Assembly (NCBI GenBank): GCA_020249125.1
Contig: JADCGG010000040.1
Span: forward strand, 857-64,856
Direction of reading: 5' to 3'
Length of the DNA stretch: 64,000 bases
From: Roseomonas sp.
GTDB lineage: Bacteria > Pseudomonadota > Alphaproteobacteria > Acetobacterales > Acetobacteraceae
Shown: one piece after another, positions 29,119 through 39,053 of the stretch
Position numbering within the stretch: position 1 is the stretch's first letter
How the letters are laid out: every line of letters begins with the position of its first letter
Notes under the pieces: generated by a model
Told to the model about the DNA's origin: nothing
Database searches by the model: none
What the model saw: the letters and a program-made list of their open reading frames with translations, nothing else
Position numbers and translations under genes: made by a program

Positions 29119-32100
29119 CTTGCTTGCCCCCAGCCGCCACCGCCCGGCGTTTCAATGCCGAGCACCTCTCCTGCCGCGAGATGCGCGGAATCGCTGCCCT
29201 TCAGCCATTGCACGCTGCCATCAGCGCGTTCCACCCATTGCCGACCGGCAGCGCCATCGGCACCACCTTGCAGCCCATGCGGCGCGACGTTGCGGCGCGA
29301 TGCCACAATCACCGCTTCCATCGGATGCAGGAAGCGAATACGCCGGCGCGACCCATCACCACCGCGCCAGCGCCCTGCCCCGCCTGAGCCGCGCCTGATG
29401 GCGAATTCCTCAAGCCGCACCGGGTAACGGAGTTCCAGAATCTCAGGATCGGTCATGCGCGTATTGGTCATGTGGGTTTGCACCGGGCCTGCGCCATTGA
29501 AGCCCAGGCCAGCACCTATGCCGCCGCAGATGGTTTCATAATATTGGTAGCGCGCATCGCCAAACAGCAGGTTATTCATCGTCGCCTGGGCCGAGGCACA
29601 AGCACCAAGCGCAGCGAGCAGTGCATTGCAGGTCATTTGGCTGACCTCGGTATTGCCGGCGACCACCGCGGCGCCGGGGCGCGGTGACAGGAAGGTGCCT
29701 TCAGGAATCACGATTTCCAGGGGCTTCAGGCAGCCATCATTGAGCGGAATATCCTCGCCGACTAAGCACCGGAAGCAATAGAGCACCACGGCGCGGCAGA
29801 CCGCTGATGGCGCGTTGAAATTGCTTGGGCGTTGCGGGCCTGTGCCGGTGAAATCAATGACTGCCTTGCGCGCGGCGTGGTCAACGCGGATGGCGACTTT
29901 CAAGGGCGCGCCATCATCAATGCTGGTTTCAAAATGGCCGTCGGGGAGCTTCGCCAATACGCGGCGCACGCTTTCTTCGGCATTATCCATCACATGCCGC
30001 ATATAGGCGTTGACGGTGGCCAGCCCGTAATCAGCGATGGCGCGGCGCAATTCCTGCACGCCTTTTTCATTGGCGGCGATTTGCGCCTTGATATCAGCCA
30101 CATTCACATCCGGGCTGCGCGCCGGGTAGCGCGCGCCGGCCAGCACAGCGCGAAATTCCGCTTCACGGAAATGCCCGCCATCCACCAGCAGGAAATCATC
30201 AATCACCACGCCTTCTTCTTCCAGCGTGCGCGATAAGGGCGGCGTGGAACCAGGTGTCAGGCCACCAATATCGGCGTGATGCCCGCGGGAACCGACGAAG
30301 AAAATGATCTTGCTGCCCGCCGCATCAAAAACCGGCGTGATGACGGTGACATCCGGCAGATGCGTGCCACCATTATAGGGGTTGTTGAGCGCCACCACAT
30401 CGCCGGGCTTGAGTGTCGCGCCGCGCGTGCGAATAACCGTGCGCACGCTTTCGCCCATGGCACCCAGATGCACCGGCACATGCGGCGCATTGGCGATCAA
30501 GGCGCCGGTGGCATCGAAAATCGCGCAGGAGAAATCGAGCCTTTCCTTGATATTCACAGAAAGGCTGGTGTTTTGCAGAACGGCGCCGGTCTGTTCCGCG
30601 ATACTCATGAACAGGTTGTTGAAAAGTTCGAGCATCACCGGATCGGGCCGATCCGCCGCTGCCATATCTGGGGCTCGGGCGCGCGGCGTGATGCGGCGCA
30701 ACACCAGGTGATTGCGCGTGGTGACTTCCGCTGCCCAGCCGGGTTCCACCACCGTGGTGGCATTGGCTTCACGCAGCAAAGCGGGACCGGTGATGCGATC
30801 CCCGGCGCGGAGTGTTTCCCGGTCATGCACCGGGGCGGCATGGGCTGCGCCATTGGTAAAGAGTGAGACGCTATCCAAGGCCTGTGGCACTTCGCCGGTG
30901 GCGCGCGGCGGCAGGGCGGCTTCGCGCACTTCTTCTCCGGGCGCGGTGACTTCGGCGATGCAGGCTTCCACAATCACCTGACGTTCCGGTGTGGCGAAGC
31001 CGAAGCGGCGACGATGCGCCTCAGTAAAGGCCGCCAAAACGTCCTGATGCTGGCCGAAGGCAATAGGCAGGAAGCTGTCGGTCCCGGCATAGCGCAAATG
31101 CAGCCGGCGCGCGGCTTGCAACCGCGCGGGATCGGCGCCCTGGCGCGCCAATTCTTCACGCCCCGCCGCTTCCAGGACTGCCAGCCGCGCGGTCAGATCG
31201 CTGATGCCATCAGCGGTGAATGGTGCTTCCACTGCGGCTTCGCGGATCACCGCTTGATCAGCCAAGCCCATGCCATAGGCGGAAAGCACGCCGGCGAAGG
31301 GATGGATGAACACGGTTTCCATACCCAATTCATCCGCGACCAGACAGGCATGTTGCCCGCCCGCGCCGCCGAAGCATTGCAGCGCAAAGCGCGTGGCGTC
31401 ATGGCCCTTCTGGATGGAAACCTGCTTGATGGCATTGGCCATATTCGCCACCGCCACGCGCAAGAAGCCTTCCGCCACCGCGCGCGGATCGGGCGCTGGC
31501 TTGCCCTGCGCCTTGCCGATTTCGGCGGCGAGGGCCGCGAATTTCTCCGCGACAATCGCCGCATCCAAGGGCTGATCACCATGGGGGCCGAAGATGGCCG
31601 GGAAGTGATGCGGCTGGATCTTGCCCACCATGACATTCGCATCGGTGACAGTCAGCGGGCCACCGCGCCGATAGCAGGCAGGGCCAGGCACGGCGCCGGC
31701 GGAATCAGGCCCCACACGGAAGCGCGCGCCATCGAAATGCAGAATGGAACCGCCGCCTGCGGCCACCGTATTGATCGCCATCATCGGCGCACGCATGCGC
31801 ACACCCGCAACTTCGGTTTCAAAAGCGCGCTCAAAAGCGCCGGCATAAAGCGCGACATCGGTAGAAGTACCGCCCATGTCAAAGCCGATGATGCGTTCAA
31901 ACCCGCCCATGGCCGCGGTGCGCGCCGCGCCGACAATGCCGCCTGCGGGCCCAGAGAGAATCGCATCCTTGCCCTGGAAATACCCGGCTTCGGTCAGCCC
32001 ACCGCTGGATTGCATGAAATAGAGCCTGACGCCTGGCAATTCGCCCGCCACCTGATCCACATAGCGGCGCAGAATGGGCGAAAGATACGCATCCACCACG

Positions 32101-32723
32101 GTCGTATCCCCGCGCGGCACAATGCGCGGCAGCGGACTCGCGCGATGGCTGAGTGAGATTTGCGTGAAGCCAACTTCGCGGGCAATCGCACCAAGGCGCT
32201 CTTCATGCGCGGGATGCGCCCAGGCATGCATCATCAGGATGGCGACGGCGCGCAGACCTTCCTGATACGCGGCGCGCAAGGCATCGCGCGCGCCGGCTTC
32301 ATCCAAGGCTTCCAATTCCGTGCCATCCACCGCGACACGTCCGCCGATTTCAACGGCGCGTTCATGCAGCAATTCCGGCAGGCGCACATCCAGATCAAAC
32401 AGGCGGGGCCGCGCCTGATTGCCGATGCGCAGCAAATCCGCAAAGCCACGATTGACCAGCAGCAGCACGCGTTCGCCCTTGCGTTCCAACAGCGCATTGG
32501 TGGCAACGGTGGTGCCCATTTTCACCGCTTCGATGAGCCCAGGCGGAATGGGCGCACCTTCCGCGAGGCCCAGGCATTGCCGAATGCCGGCAACGGCAGC
32601 GTCCTTGTAGCGTTCCGGGTTTTCCGACAGCAGCTTCAGCGTGGAAAGCCGCCCGGCGGGGTCGCGCGCCACGATATCGGTGAAGGTGCCGCCACGATCA
32701 ATCCAGAATTGCCACGCTGACAT
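29115..32723 (-). CDS. Fused ATP-dependent 5-oxoprolinase (hydantoinase A/B)
   Basis: [77 protein letters not shown]; 1202 aa. Confidence 0.95.
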   Translation of the reverse strand: MSAWQFWIDRGGTFTDIVARDPAGRLSTLKLLSENPERYKDAAVAGIRQCLGLAEGAPIPPGLIEAVKMGTTVATNALLERKGERVLLLVNRGFADLLRIGNQARPRLFDLDVRLPELLHERAVEIGGRVAVDGTELEALDEAGARDALRAAYQEGLRAVAILMMHAWAHPAHEERLGAIAREVGFTQISLSHRASPLPRIVPRGDTTVVDAYLSPILRRYVDQVAGELPGVRLYFMQSSGGLTEAGYFQGKDAILSGPAGGIVGAARTAAMGGFERIIGFDMGGTSTDVALYAGAFERAFETEVAGVRMRAPMMAINTVAAGGGSILHFDGARFRVGPDSAGAVPGPACYRRGGPLTVTDANVMVGKIQPHHFPAIFGPHGDQPLDAAIVAEKFAALAAEIGKAQGKPAPDPRAVAEGFLRVAVANMANAIKQVSIQKGHDATRFALQCFGGAGGQHACLVADELGMETVFIHPFAGVLSAYGMGLADQAVIREAAVEAPFTADGISDLTARLAVLEAAGREELARQGADPARLQAARRLHLRYAGTDSFLPIAFGQHQDVLAAFTEAHRRRFGFATPERQVIVEACIAEVTAPGEEVREAALPPRATGEVPQALDSVSLFTNGAAHAAPVHDRETLRAGDRITGPALLREANATTVVEPGWAAEVTTRNHLVLRRITPRARAPDMAAADRPDPVMLELFNNLFMSIAEQTGAVLQNTSLSVNIKERLDFSCAIFDATGALIANAPHVPVHLGAMGESVRTVIRTRGATLKPGDVVALNNPYNGGTHLPDVTVITPVFDAAGSKIIFFVGSRGHHADIGGLTPGSTPPLSRTLEEEGVVIDDFLLVDGGHFREAEFRAVLAGARYPARSPDVNVADIKAQIAANEKGVQELRRAIADYGLATVNAYMRHVMDNAEESVRRVLAKLPDGHFETSIDDGAPLKVAIRVDHAARKAVIDFTGTGPQRPSNFNAPSAVCRAVVLYCFRCLVGEDIPLNDGCLKPLEIVIPEGTFLSPRPGAAVVAGNTEVSQMTCNALLAALGACASAQATMNNLLFGDARYQYYETICGGIGAGLGFNGAGPVQTHMTNTRMTDPEILELRYPVRLEEFAIRRGSGGAGRWRGGDGSRRRIRFLHPMEAVIVASRRNVAPHGLQGGADGAAGRQWVERADGSVQWLKGSDSAHLAAGEVLGIETPGGGGWGQAS

Positions 32724-32842
32724 GCTAAACCCTTAGCAGAAGAAGAATGAGAGCGCCCGCTATAGGACAATTCCGGCGGCCCGACCATTGGCTTCCTTGG
32801 TCAATGCCAAGCGGGGCGGGTGCGTGTGGCTGGGGCGGGTCT

Positions 32843-33451
32843 TCAACGCAAATAAACATAGTAGAACAGGAAAATGCACAAGCCCCAACCCGTAATCATG
32901 ATAGCATAGGCAAGTGCCGTGGTGAAAAGCCAAAAAGCTTTACTCTTGCCCTCTCGTTTGAAGCACCAGGCATAAAAACCCCATAGAAGCCAAGCAATCA
33001 CGTCTCCACCGGTTTGACGAAACCATTTCAGCATTATCGCTTCGCCAAGCCATTCTGCATCTTTGAGCCTCTGGGCTCTCGGGGTTCTGTTCCCCCATTG
33101 GCGGAAGGCTTCGCTTGCCCCCTGATACGGTGAAAAATCGCCCGCCTGCAGCGCAAGGCCAAATCGCCGCTAAACGCTTCAGCCTTTGATGAATGAATTG
33201 CGGATTGGGGGCGAGGTTTGGGTACACTTAAAAACATATTTGATCATCTTGGGGGGCTTTCTCTGCTTATTGGCATTTTTCAGCGCGGCAGCAAATAGGA
33301 CGAGGCTGACCCGCGTTTATCTCCAAAACTGTCATCGTGCAGCCCTCGGTATCCTTATAAAACACGAGATTCTTCGTCAAAATGGATTAGCCGCGCGGGG
33401 CAACATCAAAAAGCTCACGCCGTACTGCGCCATTCTATTTCGCAAGCTCAT
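32843..33451 (-). pseudogene. Fragmented membrane-protein gene; the 63-aa ORF 32843-33034 is probably its C-terminal part
   Basis: GGAGG RBS then ATG at 33451 opens only 24 codons. The frame of the 63-aa ORF is open from 33169 (RRFGLALQAGDFSPYQGASEAFRQW...MLKWFRQ) and ends in two TM helices. Confidence 0.4.
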
Positions 33452-33765
33452 CTTATTACCTCCCGATCTACTATCTTTGGGTAACCAACCCTCCAGAAAC
33501 TATAATGCCAACAACAAGAAAAATAGCACAAAAAACAGAAACTGAAAAAAAATAGTTTATGTTCCGAATTTTTCCTACTTGGGAATAATTTTTCAAAAAT
33601 TTCCCATTTTCTCCAAAAGGAAAACGTGCAGCGGACCAAAATTTTTTCGTCTCCAAAATGCGAAACAATAGCTTTTCGATTTTTTTTCAGGTGAATACCT
33701 AACGCAATCATCTGACCCACGACAACAATAATTAGTATCAGGAAGAACGCTAAAGGTTTGCTCAT
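33448..33765 (-). CDS. Small hypothetical membrane protein, possibly frameshifted at a T8 tract
   Basis: N-terminal TM MSKPLAFFLILIIVVVGQMIALG; purine-rich RBS and ATG 2 nt after the upstream stop. Confidence 0.55.
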   Translation of the reverse strand: MSKPLAFFLILIIVVVGQMIALGIHLKKNRKAIVSHFGDEKILVRCTFSFWRKWEIFEKLFPSRKNSEHKLFFFSFCFLCYFSCCWHYSFWRVGYPKIVDREVIR

Positions 33766-33767
33766 TT

Positions 33768-34007
33768 TTAGCGGTCCCCCTTGATATGAAGGACAATTGC
33801 CTCTTCACAAAGCGCCATTAAATCCCGACGACCTTCAGCATTAAGTGTCGCAGCCAGTCTTCGGCACAACGGCTCATCGCTGCCAAGCCCGGCTGGCCCG
33901 GCAGTTTCATAAGGCCGCACTCTTTCGGTTCTGGCACCGGCATCTGCAACCCCAAGCAGCAACACCGCGCCCAGCGCCGCTGCCCACGCTATCCGCTGCC
34001 AATTCAT
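33768..34007 (-). CDS. 79-aa hypothetical secreted protein
   Basis: MNWQRIAWAAALGAVLLLGVADAGA signal-peptide-like N-terminus, two Cys, AAGGG upstream. Confidence 0.5.
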   Translation of the reverse strand: MNWQRIAWAAALGAVLLLGVADAGARTERVRPYETAGPAGLGSDEPLCRRLAATLNAEGRRDLMALCEEAIVLHIKGDR

Positions 34008-34087
34008 GAGGCCCTTACGCCGCCAACCCATCTCATCCCTCGCACACAGCATCATGCACAAAGAAAATGCGCCGCGATGAAATCGCC

Positions 34088-34441
34088 TCAAAGCCCCGCA
34101 TCGGCAGGTACCATCACCTGCCCAGCCTCATTCACCCGCGCGGCCACAGCCTCCAAAGCCTCCCCATAGCAGGGGCCGGAGACGCATTCGCCCGTATCAA
34201 TTTCAAACCGCGCGCCATGGGCGGAACACAGGATGTGCTGGCGCTTGGTGTCCAGAAAGCGATCCGGAATGGGGTCCAAAGGCAGGCCGATATGCGGGCA
34301 GGAATTGACATAGACCCAAACCGCATCACCGCGCCGCACAGCAAAAAGCCCCATGAAGGCGCCGGGCGCTGCCGGAAAACCCTTGGACCCGCCATCGGGG
34401 ATATCGGCCAGGGCGCAAAGCGCGCGTTCAGCCTGGCTCAT
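34088..34441 (-). CDS. Rieske [2Fe-2S] ferredoxin-like protein
   Basis: NSCPHIG and ILCSAHGARF Rieske boxes, CVSGPC; ATG 34441 overlaps the EVE stop. Confidence 0.92.
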   Translation of the reverse strand: MSQAERALCALADIPDGGSKGFPAAPGAFMGLFAVRRGDAVWVYVNSCPHIGLPLDPIPDRFLDTKRQHILCSAHGARFEIDTGECVSGPCYGEALEAVAARVNEAGQVMVPADAGL

Positions 34442-34884
34442 TTGCCAGCCCATCCGCCCATGCGGGCAATCACTTCCCAATGCTCCGGCGCGATGGGCAT
34501 GACGGAAAGCCGCGATTGGCGGATCAGCGCAACCTCTGCCAGCGCCGGTTCGGCCTTGATGGCAGCGAGGCCCACGGGCTTCGGCATGGGCGCCACCGCG
34601 CGCATATCCACGCATACCCAGGAGGAGCCTTCCTCGGCGGTCGGGTCCGGATAGGCTTCGCGCGCAACCTCGACCACGCCCACAACTTCCTTGCCGATAT
34701 TGGAATGATAGAAAAAGGCCAGATCGCCCTTTTTCATCGCCATCAGGTTCTTTTTGGCGAGGTGATTGCGCACGCCCGTCCAGGGTTCCACACCATTCGC
34801 CACCTGCTGATCCCAGGAAAAGGCATCGGGTTCGGATTTCACCAGCCAGCGGGCAAGGGGCGCTTTGGGTGTGGCGGCTGGCAT
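34438..34884 (-). CDS. EVE domain protein (PUA-like, Thy28 family)
   Basis: WLVKSEPDAFSWD, WTGVRNHLAK, MKKGDLAFFYHSN, AYPDPT, SRLSVMP. Confidence 0.95.
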   Translation of the reverse strand: MPAATPKAPLARWLVKSEPDAFSWDQQVANGVEPWTGVRNHLAKKNLMAMKKGDLAFFYHSNIGKEVVGVVEVAREAYPDPTAEEGSSWVCVDMRAVAPMPKPVGLAAIKAEPALAEVALIRQSRLSVMPIAPEHWEVIARMGGWAGK

Positions 34885-35082
34885 GGCGTGATGTGTTCCC
34901 CCTGGGCCCCGGCGGGGGCGTGCCCCGATCAGGTAACGCCAGATGCGCCGCGCTTCAATAAGCCCCGGCGCCGCTTTTCGTGCCGGGGGGACTCGCTTGC
35001 CGAGGGGCCGCCCCCTATCTGACGGCAAAGAGGAGGCTTGTGGGTGATTCCACCCGCAAAAAAACTAGGCTAGTCTGACCAT

Positions 35083-35886
35083 ATGGACGCCAGAATGACA
35101 GCCAAAGCTGACAGCAGCCCGAGCGGTGCCGCCCCTGGCGCGCGTTCTCTGCATCGTTTTGCCAATCCGGGGCGCTTTTTGCGTGCCTCGGCGCGGGTGC
35201 AGGTCTGGCTTTGGGTGGCGGCGGCGTTGGTGCTGGGCGCGGGGCTGGTGTGGGGCCTATTCTTGTCTCCCACTGATTGGCAACAAGGTGAGACGGTGCG
35301 CATCATGTATGTGCATGTGCCGATGGCCTGGCTTGCCATGGGTGGCTACACCGCGCTGGCGGCGGCTTCCATCATGTCCTTGATTTGGCGCCATCCGCTT
35401 GCGGATCTTTTCGCCCGCGAATTATCGCCGGTGGGGGCGCTGGTGACGGCGCTGTGCCTTGCCACCGGCAGCCTTTGGGGCCGGCCCATGTGGGGCACCT
35501 GGTGGGTCTGGGATGCGCGACTCACTTCCGTTCTGGTGCTGTTTTTCCTGTGGCTGGGTCATGCGGCGCTGACGCGCGCTTTTGAGGATCAGGAACGCGG
35601 CGCGCGGGTTGGGGCCATTCTGGCGCTGGTCGGCATTGTGAATATCCCGATCGTGAAATTCAGCGTGGATTGGTGGAATACGCTGCATCAACCGGCTTCC
35701 GTCACGCGCTTCGATGCGCCGGGGATGCATGTGGATATCCTTTACCCCTTGCTGACCTGCGCGCTTGGTTTCTCGCTGCTATTCGGCGCCGTGGTGCTGG
35801 CGCGCACCCGCGCTGCCGTGATGGAACGCCGCATTCGCGCCCTGCAATTGGCCCGCGCACGGCGAGAGGAGGCCATGGGCGCATGA
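35083..35886 (+). CDS. ccmC: Heme exporter permease CcmC
   Basis: RIMYVHVP, WGRPMWGTWWVWDARLT WWD motif, WWNTLHQ. Confidence 0.96.
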   Translation: MDARMTAKADSSPSGAAPGARSLHRFANPGRFLRASARVQVWLWVAAALVLGAGLVWGLFLSPTDWQQGETVRIMYVHVPMAWLAMGGYTALAAASIMSLIWRHPLADLFARELSPVGALVTALCLATGSLWGRPMWGTWWVWDARLTSVLVLFFLWLGHAALTRAFEDQERGARVGAILALVGIVNIPIVKFSVDWWNTLHQPASVTRFDAPGMHVDILYPLLTCALGFSLLFGAVVLARTRAAVMERRIRALQLARARREEAMGA

Positions 35887-36023
35887 GCCATACATTCTTC
35901 ATCACCACTTCCTATGCGCTGGTCCTGCTTGGCTTCGGCGCTTTGGTTTTGGATGCAGCGCGGCGCCATGCGGCGGCGAAGCGCCTGCTGGCGGAATTGG
36001 ACCCGCGCGGGGATCGGCCATGA
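35883..36023 (+). CDS. ccmD: Heme exporter protein CcmD
   Basis: 46 aa MSHTFFITTSYALVLLGFGALV then a basic/helical tail; overlaps the ccmC stop and ccmE start. Confidence 0.85.
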   Translation: MSHTFFITTSYALVLLGFGALVLDAARRHAAAKRLLAELDPRGDRP

Positions 36024-36520
36024 CTCGCAAAAAGCGCCGGCTTTATATCCTGCTGCTCTGCGGGCTTGGGCTTGGCAGCGCCACCGCGCTGACGCTGACG
36101 GCATTCCAGGATAATCTGGTGTTCTTCCGTTCCCCTTCGGACATCATGCGCGAAGCGCCGCCGGACAATCGTGCCTTTCGCCTGGGTGGGTTGGTGGAAG
36201 CAGGCAGCCTGGAACGCGCGACAGGCGCAGACGGCAAACCAACCGCTAATTTCCGCGTGACTGATGGCGCGCATGTCATTCGCGTCTCCTATGCCGGCGT
36301 GCTGCCGGATTTGTTCCGCGAAGGGCAGGGCGTGGTCACCCTTGGCACCATGCAGCCCGATGGGGTTTTCCGCGCCAAGGAAGTGCTGGCGCGGCATGAT
36401 GAAACCTATATGCCGCCGGAAGTGGCCGATGCGCTGAAGCGTGCCGGCCATTGGAACCCGGCAGAAGGTGCGCCGCCGCCTCCGGCGGAATGGAATACCG
36501 CACCAAGGAGAGGCGGATGA
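36020..36520 (+). CDS. ccmE: Heme chaperone CcmE
   Basis: RLGGLV, LPDLFREGQGVV, LARHDETYMP HxxxY motif. Confidence 0.97.
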   Translation: MTRKKRRLYILLLCGLGLGSATALTLTAFQDNLVFFRSPSDIMREAPPDNRAFRLGGLVEAGSLERATGADGKPTANFRVTDGAHVIRVSYAGVLPDLFREGQGVVTLGTMQPDGVFRAKEVLARHDETYMPPEVADALKRAGHWNPAEGAPPPPAEWNTAPRRGG

Positions 36521-38475
36521 TCGGCGAAATTGGCCATTTTGCATTGGCGCTGGGCTGCATTCTGGCCCTGGCGCAATCCATCTTTCCCTTGATTGGCGCG
36601 CATCGCGCTGATGCCCGGCTGATGGCTTTGGCCGCCCCCTTGGCAGTGGCGCAGCTGATCGCGATTGCCGCCGCTTTCGCAGCGCTGCTGTGGGCCTTTG
36701 CGGTGAATGACACCACGGTTTCGAATGTGGTGCTGAACAGCCATTCGGCGAAGCCGCTGATCTATAAATTCTCAGGTGCCTGGGGCAATCATGAAGGGTC
36801 CATGGTGCTTTGGGTGCTGATCCTTGCCCTTTGTGGTGGCGCGGTGGCAGGCTTCGGGCGCGATTTGCCAAGCGCCTTGCAAGCGCGGGTGATTGGCATT
36901 TTGGGGCTGATCGCGGCAGGCTTTCTAGGCTTCATCATTTTCACCTCCAACCCGTTTGAGCGTGTTTGGCCGCCGCCCATGGATGGGCAGGGTCTCAATC
37001 CACTATTGCAGGACCTTGGCTTGGCGCTGCATCCGCCCATGCTTTACCTCGGTTATGTCGGCTATGCGGTGACTTTTGCTTTTGCGGTGGCGGCACTTTT
37101 GGAAGGGCGCGTTGATGCCGCTTGGGGGCGTTGGGTGCGGCCCTGGTCGCTTGCCGCCTGGTCGTTCCTGACGCTTGGCATCGCACTTGGGTCCTGGTGG
37201 GCCTATTATGAATTGGGCTGGGGCGGCTATTGGTTCTGGGACCCGGTGGAAAATGCGTCGCTGCTGCCCTGGCTTATTGGCGCGGCGCTGCTGCATTCGG
37301 CGATTGTCGTGGAAAAGCGCGAAAGCCTGAAAATCTGGACCGTACTGCTGGCGATCCTGGCCTTTGCCATGTCGCTTTTGGGCACCTTCCTGGTGCGGTC
37401 CGGCGTGCTGAATTCCGTGCATGCCTTCGCCAATGACCCGGCGCGCGGGGTGTTCATTCTGGGGCTGCTGATGGCCTATGTGGCCGGCGCGCTGGCGCTG
37501 TTTGCATGGCGGGCGCCGAAGCTGGGCGGGACCGGGATTTTCGCGCCAATCTCGCGCGAAGGCGGGCTGGTGTTGAACAATCTGTTGCTGTGTTCGATTG
37601 CCGCCGTGGTGCTGGTCGGCACGCTATGGCCGATGTTCGCCGATATCCTGTTCGGCGCGAAGATTTCCGTGGGCGCGCCTTTCTTCAATGCGGCGACAGC
37701 GCCACTCGCAATCCCGCTGGTCGCGGCCATGGCGGTGGGGCCGTTGCTGGCCTGGAAGCGCGCTGATCTGGCCGGCGCCTTGCAAAGGCTCTGGTGGGTT
37801 GGCCTGCTTGCGGTGGCTTCTGCTTTCCTCACGCTGCTGGTGGCAGGATATCACGTTTGGCCGGCGCTTGGCTTCGCCGCCGCCGCTTGGCTGATTGCTG
37901 GCGCGGCGGCGGATATTCTGGACCGCATCGCTGCCTTCCGCCGGCCATCCCAGGCATGGAACCGCGCGCGCGGCCTGCCACGCGCCGCCTGGGGGGGCGC
38001 AATTGCCCATGCCGGCGTTGGCGTGATGTTTGCCGGGCTGGCAGGGATGGGCTTGGCGACCGATGCGCTGGTGGAACTCAAGCCTGGTCAATCAACGCGG
38101 CTGGCGGGTTATGAATGGCGTCTGGAGAATATCCGCGATGTGCAAGGGCCGAATTGGTCGTCCCGCCGCGCCACCATCACGGTGTTGGACCAGGGGCGCG
38201 TGGTCACGGTGCTGACGCCGGAAAAACGCTTCTTCCCGGTAGGGCGCATGAACACGACCGAAGCGGCGATCCATACCAATGCCATGCGTGATCTTTACGC
38301 GGTGCTGGGCGATGAACGTGACGGCGGCGGCGTGGTGCGGCTGCATCACAACCCGCTGGCGCCTTGGATCTGGTTTGGCGCGGGGATCATGGCTTTGGGC
38401 GGTGGCCTATCGCTTTCTGATCGGCGCATCCGGGTTTCCGCACCATCCCGCAAGGCTGCCCCAGCACCGGCATGA
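36517..38475 (+). CDS. ccmF: Heme lyase CcmF
   Basis: WGNHEGS, LHPPMLYLGY, WAYYELGWGGYWFWDPVENASLLPW, LVRSGVLNSVHAFA; start ATG 36517. Confidence 0.97.
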   Translation: MIGEIGHFALALGCILALAQSIFPLIGAHRADARLMALAAPLAVAQLIAIAAAFAALLWAFAVNDTTVSNVVLNSHSAKPLIYKFSGAWGNHEGSMVLWVLILALCGGAVAGFGRDLPSALQARVIGILGLIAAGFLGFIIFTSNPFERVWPPPMDGQGLNPLLQDLGLALHPPMLYLGYVGYAVTFAFAVAALLEGRVDAAWGRWVRPWSLAAWSFLTLGIALGSWWAYYELGWGGYWFWDPVENASLLPWLIGAALLHSAIVVEKRESLKIWTVLLAILAFAMSLLGTFLVRSGVLNSVHAFANDPARGVFILGLLMAYVAGALALFAWRAPKLGGTGIFAPISREGGLVLNNLLLCSIAAVVLVGTLWPMFADILFGAKISVGAPFFNAATAPLAIPLVAAMAVGPLLAWKRADLAGALQRLWWVGLLAVASAFLTLLVAGYHVWPALGFAAAAWLIAGAAADILDRIAAFRRPSQAWNRARGLPRAAWGGAIAHAGVGVMFAGLAGMGLATDALVELKPGQSTRLAGYEWRLENIRDVQGPNWSSRRATITVLDQGRVVTVLTPEKRFFPVGRMNTTEAAIHTNAMRDLYAVLGDERDGGGVVRLHHNPLAPWIWFGAGIMALGGGLSLSDRRIRVSAPSRKAAPAPA

Positions 38476-39053
38476 GTGACGCAGCTTCACCCAAGCGCCC
38501 GCGGCGCTGGATGCTCTATGCCCCTTTGGGGCTGGCCGCAGCGGCGGGCGTTGGTTTCTACGCCATGCTGCAAGGCTTGCAGGATGGCAGCTATAACCCG
38601 CGCGGCGTTCCTTCCGTGCTGCTTGGCAAGCCAGCGCCGGATTTCAGCCTGCCGGCCTTGGAAGGCGTTGAATTACCCGCATTGGCGGCGGCGGATTTGC
38701 GCGGGCCCTTGCCCGGGCCGGTGCTGGTGAATTTCTGGGCTTCCTGGTGCGCGCCTTGCATCATTGAACACCCGCAATTGATGCGGCTTTCGCGGGAAGG
38801 GATTGCGGTTTACGGCATCAATTACAAGGATCGCGTGGCGGAAGCCGGCGCCTTCCTCAGGCGTCACGGCAATCCGTATCGGCGCCTCGGGCGCGATGAA
38901 CCTGGGCGCACCGCCATTGATTGGGGCGTCTATGGCGTGCCGGAGACCTATTTGTTGGACCGCCAAGGGATGATTCGCTGGCGCTGGGCCGGTCCCATCA
39001 CCCCCGATACGCTGGAGAATGAATTGCGCCCCCTGCTCCGGAGATTTGCGTGA
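38472..39053 (+). CDS. ccmG: Thiol:disulfide interchange protein CcmG/DsbE
   Basis: NFWASWCAPCIIEHP, GINYKD, WGVYGVPETY. Confidence 0.95.
   Translation: MSDAASPKRPRRWMLYAPLGLAAAAGVGFYAMLQGLQDGSYNPRGVPSVLLGKPAPDFSLPALEGVELPALAAADLRGPLPGPVLVNFWASWCAPCIIEHPQLMRLSREGIAVYGINYKDRVAEAGAFLRRHGNPYRRLGRDEPGRTAIDWGVYGVPETYLLDRQGMIRWRWAGPITPDTLENELRPLLRRFA

Larger units (their letters stand above)
32740..34085. other. AT-rich, horizontally acquired-looking cassette
   Basis: Hand count gives about 36% GC over 33481-33780 and about 47% over 33181-33480, versus clearly over 60% in flanking genes. No integrase or terminal repeats seen. Confidence 0.75.

Noticed and set aside
33034-33237. 67-aa ORF whose stop overlaps the next ATG (TAATG), suggesting a toxin-immunity pair
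   Set aside because: No RBS or recognisable motif, and a more protein-like reading exists in the frame of the downstream ORF.
33186-33545. 119-aa plus-strand ORF with a hydrophobic stretch inside the AT-rich cassette
   Set aside because: No RBS, and its N/K-rich tail is the antisense of a minus-strand TM helix, while the minus strand has RBS-ATG signals. Not fully excluded, since it is the longest open frame over 33186-33450.
34890-34945. TPP-riboswitch-like ACCTGATC...AGGGGGA on the minus strand
   Set aside because: Lacks the CTGAGA element, and the downstream gene is unrelated to thiamine.
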